Below are positions 19,289-28,154 of a stretch of DNA of 64,000 nucleotides, one piece after another (position 1 is the stretch's first letter; every line of letters starts with the position of its first letter). Origin of the DNA: Deltaproteobacteria bacterium (GTDB taxonomy: Bacteria; Desulfobacterota; Anaeroferrophillalia; Anaeroferrophillales; Tharpellaceae); contig JAFGVI010000139.1 of the NCBI GenBank assembly GCA_016938065.1, positions 4,747 through 68,746 of the forward strand, written 5' to 3'. Under the pieces are notes generated by a model. That model was not told the origin of the DNA. It saw only the letters and a list, made by a program, of their open reading frames with translations, and made no database searches. A program made the position numbers and the translations under genes.

Positions 19289-21004
19289 ATGATGCCGGAA
19301 TCATCCCCGAAAACCCTGTTCATCGCCAGTGACCATGGCGGTTACAGCCTTAAAGAGTTTCTGAAAGAAAATTTAACGGCAGGCTTCGCAACTATTGATT
19401 TAGGCACTGCCTCCGAAGCCTCGGTTGACTATCCACGTTTTGCTCATGCCCTGGCCGATCGCGTAGCCGCCGACCCTGACACTCGGGGTATTCTGATCTG
19501 CGGCACCGGCATCGGCATGTCGATCACCGCCAACCGGCATCGTAATATCCGCGCCGCGCTGGTGCATGACAACTTTACCGCACAGATGGCCAAAGAGCAT
19601 AACAATGCCAACATCCTCGTGCTCGGCGGCCGGGTGCTGGAGCCAAGCGTCGCTCTGGAACTTGTAAAAATCTGGCTGAATGCTCGATTTGAGGGCGGCC
19701 GGCACCAGCAGCGCCTTGATTTAATTGATAAATGCTCCGAGCAGCAAGGCCGCAACGTAGCCGCGCCCTTAAGTCAGGTTGATCCAGAAATCAGTCGCCT
19801 GATCATGCAGGAAACCGAACGTGAAGAGAGCAAGTTGATCATGATTGCCTCGGAGAACTGTGTCAGCCAGGCTGTCCTTGACGCTCAGGGCAGTGTGCTG
19901 ACCAACAAATATGCCGAAGGCTATCCCGGCAAACGCTATTACGGCGGCTGTCAATTTGTCGATCAGGCCGAACAGCTGGCCATTGATCGGGCTCTCGCTC
20001 TTTTTGGAGCCGACCACGCCAACGTTCAGCCCCTGTCTGGCTCCGGAGCCAACATGGCCGTCTATCTGAGTGTGCTGCAGCCGGGTGATAAGATCCTGGG
20101 CATGAATCTCGCCCATGGGGGTCACCTCACCCACGGCGCCACCGTCAGTTTCTCTGGACAGCTCTACCGCTCGACCTTTTACGGCGTCGACCGGAAAACA
20201 GAGCGCCTTGACTATGACGTTATCGAAGATATTGCCCTGCGGGAACGACCGCGCATGATTGTCGCCGGGGCCAGCTCCTACTCCAGAACCCTGGATTTCC
20301 CCCGTTTTCGCGCAATCGCCGATAAAGTCGGCGCCCTGCTCATGGTTGACATCGCCCACATTGCCGGCCTGGTGGTCTCAGAAGCCCATCCTTCTCCCGT
20401 GCCCTATGCCGACTTTGTTACGACAACAACCCATAAAACCCTGCGCGGCCCACGTGGCGGCATGATTCTCTGCCGCCGGGAATTTGCCAAAAAAATCAAC
20501 CAGACGATCTTCCCCGGCATTCAGGGCGGACCTCTGATGCACATCATCGCCGCCAAGGCCGTCGCCTTTAAAGAGGCCATGAGCGAGGAATTTAAAAATG
20601 TTCAGAAACAGACCGTTCTCAATGCCGCCTACCTGGCCGACCGCTTACAGGAAAAGGGCTTGCGCATCGTCTCCGGCGGCACCGACAATCATCTTTTTCT
20701 GATCGACCTGACCAATCTGCCGGTCAACGGCAAAAGGGCGGAAGAAGCTCTTGATAATGCCGGCATTACGGCCAATAAAAACGGCATCCCCTTCGACCCG
20801 CGCAATCCGGCCGACCCCAGCGGCATCCGCATCGGTACCCCGATTGCTTCAACCAGAGGCATGCGGGAGACGGAAATGAAGATCGTTGCCGACTGTATTG
20901 CCGCGGTGCTCCAGAACCCTGAAGATGAAACCGTCAGCAAACAGGTCCGATCAACCATCCGGGAGCTGTGTACGCAATTCCCGGTCTACAGCCACCTGCT
21001 TTGA
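19289..21004 (+). CDS. glyA: Fusion protein: ribose-5-phosphate isomerase B (N-terminal ~150 aa) plus serine hydroxymethyltransferase (C-terminal ~415 aa)
   Basis: Single 571-aa ORF. The RpiB part has LFIASDHGG and [14 protein letters not shown]. The SHMT part has [38 protein letters not shown] and [11 protein letters not shown]. There is no stop or frameshift at the junction. Confidence 0.9.
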   Translation: MMPESSPKTLFIASDHGGYSLKEFLKENLTAGFATIDLGTASEASVDYPRFAHALADRVAADPDTRGILICGTGIGMSITANRHRNIRAALVHDNFTAQMAKEHNNANILVLGGRVLEPSVALELVKIWLNARFEGGRHQQRLDLIDKCSEQQGRNVAAPLSQVDPEISRLIMQETEREESKLIMIASENCVSQAVLDAQGSVLTNKYAEGYPGKRYYGGCQFVDQAEQLAIDRALALFGADHANVQPLSGSGANMAVYLSVLQPGDKILGMNLAHGGHLTHGATVSFSGQLYRSTFYGVDRKTERLDYDVIEDIALRERPRMIVAGASSYSRTLDFPRFRAIADKVGALLMVDIAHIAGLVVSEAHPSPVPYADFVTTTTHKTLRGPRGGMILCRREFAKKINQTIFPGIQGGPLMHIIAAKAVAFKEAMSEEFKNVQKQTVLNAAYLADRLQEKGLRIVSGGTDNHLFLIDLTNLPVNGKRAEEALDNAGITANKNGIPFDPRNPADPSGIRIGTPIASTRGMRETEMKIVADCIAAVLQNPEDETVSKQVRSTIRELCTQFPVYSHLL

Positions 21005-21021
21005 CAGCAGAGACGGAGATC

Positions 21022-21501
21022 ATGATGCTGAGTCCAATGCCGAAACGGCCTGACTGGCAAACCTATTTCATGGATATCGCCCAGCTGGTTGCCAGTCGCT
21101 CGACCTGCATCAGACGCCATGTCGGTGCTGTCATTGTCAAAGATAACCGCATTCTTTCAACCGGCTACAACGGTACCCCCAGAGGCATTCGTCACTGCCT
21201 GGATCGCGGTTGTCTGCGTGATGAATTCGAGATTCCCTCAGGCCAGCGCCATGAACTCTGCCGCGGCCTGCACGCCGAACAGAACGCCATCATTCAGGCG
21301 GCCTATCACGGCGTCGCTATTGAATCCAGCGAAATCTACTGCACCAACCAGCCATGTATCATCTGTGCCAAAATGATCATCAATGCCGGTCTGAAAAAGA
21401 TTATTGTCGGCAATACCTACCCGGATGAACTGGCGGCGGAAATGCTGAGTGAAGCCGGGCTTAAAGTTGTGCTTATCAAACCGGTTAAAGCAGCCGAATG
21501 A
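21022..21501 (+). CDS. dCMP/cytidine deaminase family protein (ComEB-like)
   Basis: 159 aa from the ATG at 21022 (GGAG RBS). Zinc ligand motifs HAEQNAI and PCIICAKMI. Confidence 0.85.
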   Translation: MMLSPMPKRPDWQTYFMDIAQLVASRSTCIRRHVGAVIVKDNRILSTGYNGTPRGIRHCLDRGCLRDEFEIPSGQRHELCRGLHAEQNAIIQAAYHGVAIESSEIYCTNQPCIICAKMIINAGLKKIIVGNTYPDELAAEMLSEAGLKVVLIKPVKAAE

Positions 21502-21520
21502 AGCAGCCGGCCCAGACCTT

Positions 21521-21997
21521 ATGAAATGTCCATTTTGCAGTTTTCCGGAAGATAAGGTTATCGATTCCCGTATCGCCAAGGATCATAGTGCGATCCGCCG
21601 GCGGCGCGAATGTCTCTCCTGCAACCGCCGCTTCACCACCTTTGAACGGATTGAAATCAGCCTGCCGCTGGTAATCAAGCAGGATCAGAGCCGCGAAGCC
21701 TACGACCGCCACAAGGTTGAAAACGGCATTCGCAAAGCCTGCGAAAAAAGGCCGGTCAGCCAGGATCAGATCGAAGGCCTGGTCAACGAACTTGAACAGG
21801 TACTCCGCGAAAACGGAGAAAAAGAGGTTGCCGTCGCCTTTATCGGCGAACATGTCATGGCGGCTTTAAAGGAACTTGACGACGTTGCCTATATTCGTTT
21901 TGCTTCAGTCTACCGTCAGTTTAAAGATATCAATGAATTCATGCAGGAGCTGCAGGGCCTTCTCAAACACAACCCCGGCAGCGAAATTTCCCAATGA
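21521..21997 (+). CDS. nrdR: Transcriptional repressor NrdR
   Basis: 158 aa. MKCPFC...CLSC zinc ribbon followed by an ATP-cone. Confidence 0.93.
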   Translation: MKCPFCSFPEDKVIDSRIAKDHSAIRRRRECLSCNRRFTTFERIEISLPLVIKQDQSREAYDRHKVENGIRKACEKRPVSQDQIEGLVNELEQVLRENGEKEVAVAFIGEHVMAALKELDDVAYIRFASVYRQFKDINEFMQELQGLLKHNPGSEISQ

Positions 21998-23112
21998 AAA
22001 ACTTCAGCAACGCCGATAGCGGCTTCATGCAGGAAGCTCTGGTTCTCGCCCGCAAAGGACGGGGACTGACCTCCCCTAACCCTATGGTCGGCGCCGTAGT
22101 TGTCGCCGAGGGGGAAATTGTCGGACGCGGCTATCATCCCCGGGCCGGAGAGCCGCACGCCGAGATCTTCGCCTTGCGCGAAGCCGGCGATCGCGCCTTA
22201 AATGCCGAACTCTTCGTGACCCTGGAACCATGCAACCATCAGGGCCGCACGCCGCCCTGCACCAGGGCCATCATCAACGCCGGGATCAGCCGCGTGGTTA
22301 TCGGCACCAGCGACCCCAACCCGCAGGTTGCCGGCCGGGGCGCGGCCTGCCTTGAACAGGCCGGCATCAGAGTCGAGAGCGGCCTGCTGGATCAGGAATG
22401 CTGTCAGCTGAATGAATTCTGGAACAAGTATATCACCACCGGCCTGCCCTTTGTCACGCTTAAAAGTGCGGCCAGTCTCGACGGTCGCATCGCCACGCAC
22501 AGCGGCAATTCACAATGGATCAGCAACGAAAAGTCACGTCTTTATGTACATCAGCTGAGAGCCAGCCATGATGCTATTCTGATCGGCATCGGCACCCTTT
22601 TGAAAGACAACCCCCGGCTGACAGCCCGCCGGCCCGGCGAAAACCCGCGCAACCCGTACCGGATTGTGGTCGATTCGCTGCTGCGCACTCCGCTGAATTC
22701 CCAGATCTTCGGCACTGACGGCGCCGAAAAAATGCTGCTCGCCACCCGTCGGCAGAGCGAGGAAAAACTTGCTCCCTACCGCGCACTGGTAAAAGAGATT
22801 CTGATTCTGCCCACTAACCCGCTTGGCCAGATCGACCTGGGCCAGTTAATGCGGGAACTGGGCCAACGGGAGATCACCTCGGTCCTGATTGAAGGAGGCT
22901 CGGAAATCAACGGCTCGGCCCTAGACAGTCAGATTATCGATAAAATCTGCTTTTTCTATGCCCCGATCCTGATCGGCGGCCGCGGCAGCCTCGGCATGAT
23001 CAGTGGCGAGGGCTGCGAAACCGTAGCCCAGGCTCTGCCCGTCAAAGATATTACAATCCGCCATTTTGATAGCGACCTCTGCCTGGAAGGTTACATTGAG
23101 CGCGAAAATTAA
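21994..23112 (+). CDS. ribD: Bifunctional riboflavin biosynthesis protein RibD (deaminase/reductase)
   Basis: 372 aa. HAEIFAL and [11 protein letters not shown] deaminase motifs plus a C-terminal reductase domain. ATGA overlap with nrdR. Confidence 0.93.
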   Translation: MKNFSNADSGFMQEALVLARKGRGLTSPNPMVGAVVVAEGEIVGRGYHPRAGEPHAEIFALREAGDRALNAELFVTLEPCNHQGRTPPCTRAIINAGISRVVIGTSDPNPQVAGRGAACLEQAGIRVESGLLDQECCQLNEFWNKYITTGLPFVTLKSAASLDGRIATHSGNSQWISNEKSRLYVHQLRASHDAILIGIGTLLKDNPRLTARRPGENPRNPYRIVVDSLLRTPLNSQIFGTDGAEKMLLATRRQSEEKLAPYRALVKEILILPTNPLGQIDLGQLMRELGQREITSVLIEGGSEINGSALDSQIIDKICFFYAPILIGGRGSLGMISGEGCETVAQALPVKDITIRHFDSDLCLEGYIEREN

Positions 23113-23139
23113 TTACGAATTACGAATGATAACCTGCGC

Positions 23140-24276
23140 ATGACAAATTCAACTCGGCATAACGAAAGAGCTCTTTTCCGCAACCCCGAACCTGCCTCTC
23201 AATACCTGCTTACGGCCCCGGCGATACTCTACGGACTCTTTATGGCCGGCCGCAGCACTCTCTATGAACTTATCCCCGGCTTAAGCCGAAAGGTTGAAAT
23301 TCCGGTCATCTGTGTCGGTAATCTGACGACCGGTGGCACCGGCAAAACCCCGATGGTCGCTTATCTGGCTGACTATTTTCGTAAACAGGGGCTTCAGGTT
23401 GCCATCCTCTCCCGCGGTTACGGCCGGCGCCTGAGTAAACAACCACTGATCCTCCCCCCGCATAGCCCGAGCCGCCATTTGAGCACCCGGGAACTCGGGG
23501 ATGAAGCCTTAATGCTGCACCAGCAGAGGCCTGAGGCTGCCCTGGTGCTCGACGGCGACCGGGTTCGCGGCGCTGAAACTGCAATAAAGCAACTGGGCCC
23601 AGACCTTATCCTGATGGATGACGGCTTGCAGCACCGCCGCCTACGCCGCAATTTCAACCTGGTCATGATTGACAGTCAGAAACTTTTCGGCAATCGCCGC
23701 CTGCTGCCGGCCGGCTCTTTACGCGAATCCTTAACAGCTATTCGACGGGCTGATGCCGTCGTGCTCAACAAATTTGACCAGCACCATCCCCAATTTTACC
23801 GGGAAGCCGCTGAAATTTTAAACCATATCTCCCCCGCCAGACTCTTTTGTGCCCGCTACAACTTTCGCCACTTTGCCGCGGCCGCCGGCAATGCCATCCG
23901 CGATTCAGCCGCAATGAAAAAACTGGGTCCGTTCTGCGCCTTTTCGGGATTAGCCAATAATCAATACTTTTTTGCCCAGCTTAGAGCTCTTGGCTTACAT
24001 CCGGAGGAGACCATCTCGTTCAGCGACCATCACCACTATCAGGCAGGCGATCTCAAAGATCTTCTTAAGCGGAGTGCATCTTTAACTCTGGTCACGACAG
24101 CCAAAGACGCGGTAAAACTGAAAGCCCTGACCGGACGTGAGGAAAACCCACTTCGGCAACGGCTCTGGGTCGCTGAAATAGGTTTGAAAATTGACAATGA
24201 GGATCGCTTTTCAGCCCTCTTTAAACCTTTCCTCACGCCATCAGGCCGACAAAACCTCAAAGCGGCCCGCCCATGA
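23140..24276 (+). CDS. lpxK: Tetraacyldisaccharide 4'-kinase
   Basis: 378 aa. P-loop VGNLTTGGTGKTP, then ILSRGYG and MDDGLQH. Confidence 0.9.
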   Translation: MTNSTRHNERALFRNPEPASQYLLTAPAILYGLFMAGRSTLYELIPGLSRKVEIPVICVGNLTTGGTGKTPMVAYLADYFRKQGLQVAILSRGYGRRLSKQPLILPPHSPSRHLSTRELGDEALMLHQQRPEAALVLDGDRVRGAETAIKQLGPDLILMDDGLQHRRLRRNFNLVMIDSQKLFGNRRLLPAGSLRESLTAIRRADAVVLNKFDQHHPQFYREAAEILNHISPARLFCARYNFRHFAAAAGNAIRDSAAMKKLGPFCAFSGLANNQYFFAQLRALGLHPEETISFSDHHHYQAGDLKDLLKRSASLTLVTTAKDAVKLKALTGREENPLRQRLWVAEIGLKIDNEDRFSALFKPFLTPSGRQNLKAARP

Positions 24277-24884
24277 GTAAAACCGACCTTTATCCCCGCA
24301 TAAAATCTCGGGGTGCGGTTTTTCTTGACCGCGACGGCACCATCATCAGGGAGGTCAACTACTTAAGCCGCCTTGCCGATATCGAACTGCTGCCCCGGGC
24401 CGCAGCCGCCATCGCCGAGCTTAACCGACTGCAGGTGCCGGTTATCCTGGTCAGTAATCAATCCGGCATTGCCCGCGGCAAGTTCAACCTCGACTTTGTC
24501 GACGCCGCCCACCGTCTTCTACAGGAGATGCTGACCCGGGACGGGGCCCATCTTGATGATTTTTTCTTTTGTCCCCATCATCCAACTGCGGGTCAGGCCC
24601 CTTTCAAAAAGGTCTGCGACTGCCGTAAACCGGAACCCGGATTGCTCTATGCGGCGGCAGCCCGACATCAGCTTGAACTGACGCAGTCATATGTCGTCGG
24701 TGATAAACTGCTTGATATAGAACTGGCCCGGCGCGTGGGCGGCAAAGGCCTGCTGGTGGAAACCGGACATGGGCTAAGGGAGAAGGAAAAGATCTCTGCA
24801 GGTGAAATTGAACCTGATTTTATCGCCGCCGACCTTTATGACGCCGTAAACTGGATTCTGACGGATCTGGAGAAAGGAAAATAA
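24273..24884 (+). CDS. gmhB: D-glycero-D-manno-heptose 1,7-bisphosphate phosphatase (HAD-IIIA)
   Basis: 203 aa. HAD motif I FLDRDGTI, a CPHHP...CDCRKP zinc site, and GDK..D. ATGA overlap with lpxK. Confidence 0.85.
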   Translation: MSKTDLYPRIKSRGAVFLDRDGTIIREVNYLSRLADIELLPRAAAAIAELNRLQVPVILVSNQSGIARGKFNLDFVDAAHRLLQEMLTRDGAHLDDFFFCPHHPTAGQAPFKKVCDCRKPEPGLLYAAAARHQLELTQSYVVGDKLLDIELARRVGGKGLLVETGHGLREKEKISAGEIEPDFIAADLYDAVNWILTDLEKGK

Positions 24885-24885
24885 T

Positions 24886-25797
24886 TTGCTGAAGATACCT
24901 GCCGACTGGATTGATCGCATGACCCTGGGCTGCTTCAATACCGCAACCACGGTTTTCAACCTGCTGCCGGCCGCCGAGGCCTACAGGCTGGGCCATCACC
25001 TGGTCAGACTATGGCTGACCCTTGATCGCGACCATCGCCGGATTATCGAAAAAAACCTGGAGCTCGCCCTGCACCTTAAAGCCGGCTCGCCGGCATCCCG
25101 GCAGCTGCAGGCCGCCATTATTCAGCATTTAGGTTTCAACTTAAGTGAATTTTTTCTTCTGCAGAATCCGGCCTGGCGCCGGCTCCTGAAAAAAAATCTG
25201 CAGATCACCGGCCTTGAACATCTGCTCAAAGCCCAGCAGGAGGGCTCAGGGGCCATTATTATCTCAGCTCATCTCGGCAACTGGGAGCTGGCCGGTTTTC
25301 TCTCGACCCTGATGCAGAGGCCTATCACCACGGTTGCCAAACCAATCAAAAATAAACCCCGCCTCTATGCGGCGATTGAGAAAAGCCGCATAGATGTGGG
25401 CTTTATCCCGGTAAACAAAAGCGGCAGCGCCGGCACTTTAGTGAGAAACCTGAAAAAAGGCGATATTATCGCCCTGCTCGTCGATCAGCGCGTGCGCCGG
25501 CGTCTGCGCATCTGGGCCCCGTTCTTTTCTTATCAGGTACCCACCATTCCGTCACCGGCAGTCCTCGCCCGGCTCAGCGGCAGTCCGATAATCCCGGCTT
25601 TCACCACCCGCATTCGGCCTCTGCACCACCAGATTGTCATAGAAGAGCCCATCTTCGTGCCGCATAGCGGCAACAGCCGCGAAGTTGTCGCCGACTGCAC
25701 CAAACGCCTGAACCTGCTGATTGAAAAGCATATCCGCAAAACCCCGGAACAGTGGTTCTGGCCGCATAATCGCTGGCGCACCATCAACTCCGATTAA
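24886..25797 (+). CDS. Lipid A biosynthesis (LpxL/HtrB-type) lysophospholipid acyltransferase family protein
   Basis: 303 aa. HX4E-type motif SAHLGNWEL and C-terminal PEQWFWPHNRW, typical of this family. TTG start is uncertain. Confidence 0.7.
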   Translation: MLKIPADWIDRMTLGCFNTATTVFNLLPAAEAYRLGHHLVRLWLTLDRDHRRIIEKNLELALHLKAGSPASRQLQAAIIQHLGFNLSEFFLLQNPAWRRLLKKNLQITGLEHLLKAQQEGSGAIIISAHLGNWELAGFLSTLMQRPITTVAKPIKNKPRLYAAIEKSRIDVGFIPVNKSGSAGTLVRNLKKGDIIALLVDQRVRRRLRIWAPFFSYQVPTIPSPAVLARLSGSPIIPAFTTRIRPLHHQIVIEEPIFVPHSGNSREVVADCTKRLNLLIEKHIRKTPEQWFWPHNRWRTINSD

Positions 25798-26647
25798 GCC
25801 ACCAGCCGAACTGATGAAAGATGCGCCGCCAGAAAAAAGCAACCGTCAGTTCACGCCGCAGTCTGGCATATGCCGCGGCATCCGGTTCATAGGCAAGGAG
25901 AAAGGCGGCGCGCTCAGTGTCGGTAAATTTACCGCCACGGGAGCAGTATTTATCAACGGAACGAAAAAAACGACAGAGATTGGCCCGACAGCGGCGAGCC
26001 GCAAGAGGCGCTCCTGATTGGTCTGCTTTATCAAAATCGAGCAGGAATATCTGACCCTCGGCCCCGACCAGAATATTTTTGACATGCATATCCGTATAAA
26101 AAATTCCGTGTTCGTGGAGCTTGCGCAGATAGCCCCCAAGCTTAAAAGCAACCTGCAGACGAATTGAGGCATTCGCACCCCGCAGAAATTCCGGCAGCTC
26201 AACCACAGCCGACAACCTGCGGGTCACATAGTAGCCATTGACAAAGAGGCTCGCTCTTTTTTTTACGACAATCACCGCCAAAGCCGCCGGGGTAGCGATA
26301 CCCAGAGTACTGACTGCCTGATGCACGGCCAGCTCGTTGAGAAAACGCCTTTTCGAGAAGAAACGCCCGCCAGTCAGAAAACGCCAGAGCCCGCCATGAC
26401 GGTATTGCCGCACAACCAGCGGCAAGGAGAGCGGCTCAGCGTCGAGAAAAAAAATCCGCCCGCGCCCCAAAGCCGCCGCAGCGGCCACCAAACCCTGCCC
26501 GGCCAGCAGATCTTCAACTATTTTCCGCCAGGGGAACTCATTATTTTTGCAAGGCGAAAGCGTTGCGGCATAGACCGCACAGACTTGGTCATTGACAAGA
26601 AAACTAGCGACAGGGCAGAGACCTTCCGGCAAAACTTCACTCATCAC
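25784..26647 (-). CDS. Lipopolysaccharide kinase family protein (Kdo kinase KdkA / InaA-like)
   Basis: 287 aa. Kinase catalytic-loop-like YTDMHVKNILV and FLLDFDKA. LPS-core gene context. Confidence 0.65.
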   Translation of the reverse strand: MMSEVLPEGLCPVASFLVNDQVCAVYAATLSPCKNNEFPWRKIVEDLLAGQGLVAAAAALGRGRIFFLDAEPLSLPLVVRQYRHGGLWRFLTGGRFFSKRRFLNELAVHQAVSTLGIATPAALAVIVVKKRASLFVNGYYVTRRLSAVVELPEFLRGANASIRLQVAFKLGGYLRKLHEHGIFYTDMHVKNILVGAEGQIFLLDFDKADQSGAPLAARRCRANLCRFFRSVDKYCSRGGKFTDTERAAFLLAYEPDAAAYARLRRELTVAFFWRRIFHQFGWWLNRS

Positions 26648-27734
26648 CCTCGGCCCAGAGATCTTTAAGTTCAGAAGAGATAAACGGCTTTATGGTTTTA
26701 ACATTTTCAACGCCGGTAACCTGCTGCAGAAAATCAACAATCAGGCCCCGGTCGATCTCAGCAATCTCCGCCCGGCTCCGGCCCTGACAATCCAGCTGAC
26801 CACCGGCCACCTGGTTATGCCCGCCGGCGGTACCGCCGAGCTTCTCGATCAATTCCCGGACAACTTTACCGGCATGGGCCCGATGACTGCCGGCCCGCAG
26901 TGAGATAATCAACTTGTCCTCGTAGAGAGCCGTCACAATAGACCAGCTCATCCGCTCATGCAGCAGGAGAAAGTCGGCAACCTCGGCCACGACATCGGGA
27001 TTTTCGACGGGGCCTAAACGGGAACCGATCACCTGCCGATAGACAAAAGCATTATCAATGGCTTTGCGAATATAGAGAAAATGTTCCCGCGGCCGCCGGC
27101 TGAACTCAATCTGGGAGAGTCGCCGCATATTGACCAGAGGCACCAGATCATTATAGATACGCCGATCCTGCAGACTCGCCTCCCTGCCTAAATGCTGGGT
27201 TTCAGAACTTATACCGTAAACCAGCGCCGTCGCCAGAGAGGTCGTAATCGGCACTTTCAGGCACTGCAGATATTCGGTAACAATCGTCGTGCAGGAGCCG
27301 TACCCCGTACGGATATCGACAAATGGCGTCTGGTGCAGCGCCTCCCGCGTCGAGGGTTTAGGGGGATGATGATCAATGACAATGGCCGGAATTTTATCGA
27401 GCGGCAAAACATTGTTGCCCGCTCGAGGCTGAGTATCGACCAGAGCATAGGCGATTTTATCACGCCCCCGGATGCGGCTGAAAGGGACTGCCTTAAACGG
27501 AAGATGACGCATCAACGTCCGATTTTCAGAGCGGCCGACAATCCCGCCATAAGCAATCTGCACCCGGCACTCGGGATTGAGAAAGCAGATCACTGTGGCT
27601 AAAGCGCAAGCAGAGGCAAAGGCATCCGGATCGGGATTGTTATGGGTCAGAATTACCAGGCGGGAATTGCCTTCCAGGGCCGTCAGCAGACGCTGCCCAA
27701 GATCTTCAAACCTCTGGCCTTCACAACTCTCCAT
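26637..27734 (-). CDS. DHH/DHHA1 family phosphoesterase (NrnA-like)
   Basis: 365 aa. THNNPDPDAFAS, VIDHHP and C-terminal GGTAGGHNQVAGG (DHHA1 GGGH-type). Confidence 0.75.
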   Translation of the reverse strand: MESCEGQRFEDLGQRLLTALEGNSRLVILTHNNPDPDAFASACALATVICFLNPECRVQIAYGGIVGRSENRTLMRHLPFKAVPFSRIRGRDKIAYALVDTQPRAGNNVLPLDKIPAIVIDHHPPKPSTREALHQTPFVDIRTGYGSCTTIVTEYLQCLKVPITTSLATALVYGISSETQHLGREASLQDRRIYNDLVPLVNMRRLSQIEFSRRPREHFLYIRKAIDNAFVYRQVIGSRLGPVENPDVVAEVADFLLLHERMSWSIVTALYEDKLIISLRAGSHRAHAGKVVRELIEKLGGTAGGHNQVAGGQLDCQGRSRAEIAEIDRGLIVDFLQQVTGVENVKTIKPFISSELKDLWAEGDE

Positions 27735-27774
27735 ACTCTCTCCAGTATCAATAAAATGTTATTTCACAACCAAC

Positions 27775-27917
27775 GCGGGGAAAAGTCCCGCACCCAAACG
27801 GCCTTTGCGGCCCGCGCCCGAGAGCACTCCCAGGATCGCAGGTCAAGTACCCTATAAAAACATTTTCTGTTTTTACTGATGAAAAAAATAAGAAAATAAT
27901 CTGTAAGGCACTAATAG
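27775..27917 (+). repeat. Structured intergenic repeat element, copy A
   Basis: By manual alignment, about 80% identical to 37154..37297 in two blocks. The 45-bp 5' block has two small GC hairpins. The 60-bp 3' block has an A/U hairpin plus CTGTAAGGCACT. It lies 238 nt upstream of the HDOD kinase. Confidence 0.65.
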
Positions 27918-28154
27918 CACATCAGCGGCAACCTTATCAAGGCAAAGCCGCAAAGCGTCGCCTCCAGCCCCAGTCTTGATAAAAAAGCATTTTGATCCGG
28001 CTGCTGCGGGCCAAAATACCGCCAACGCTTCAGCACCTACAATAAACTTGATATTCACTGCTGAAATTGCTATAAGTTATAACTAGTTAACCAGTAACCG
28101 ACACCAAGTCTCGAGATCGGAAACGGCAGCGGCGCCCAAAAGAGAGATAAAACC

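Noticed and set aside
27873-28058. A 61-aa minus-strand ORF whose C-terminus (VPYRLFSYFF) looks conserved in the second repeat copy (VPYRLFLVFF).
   Set aside because: The peptide similarity follows trivially from the DNA similarity. In copy B that frame has no usable ATG, GTG or TTG start between the upstream in-frame TAA (37395-37397) and the motif. The hairpin substitutions also favour a plus-strand RNA.
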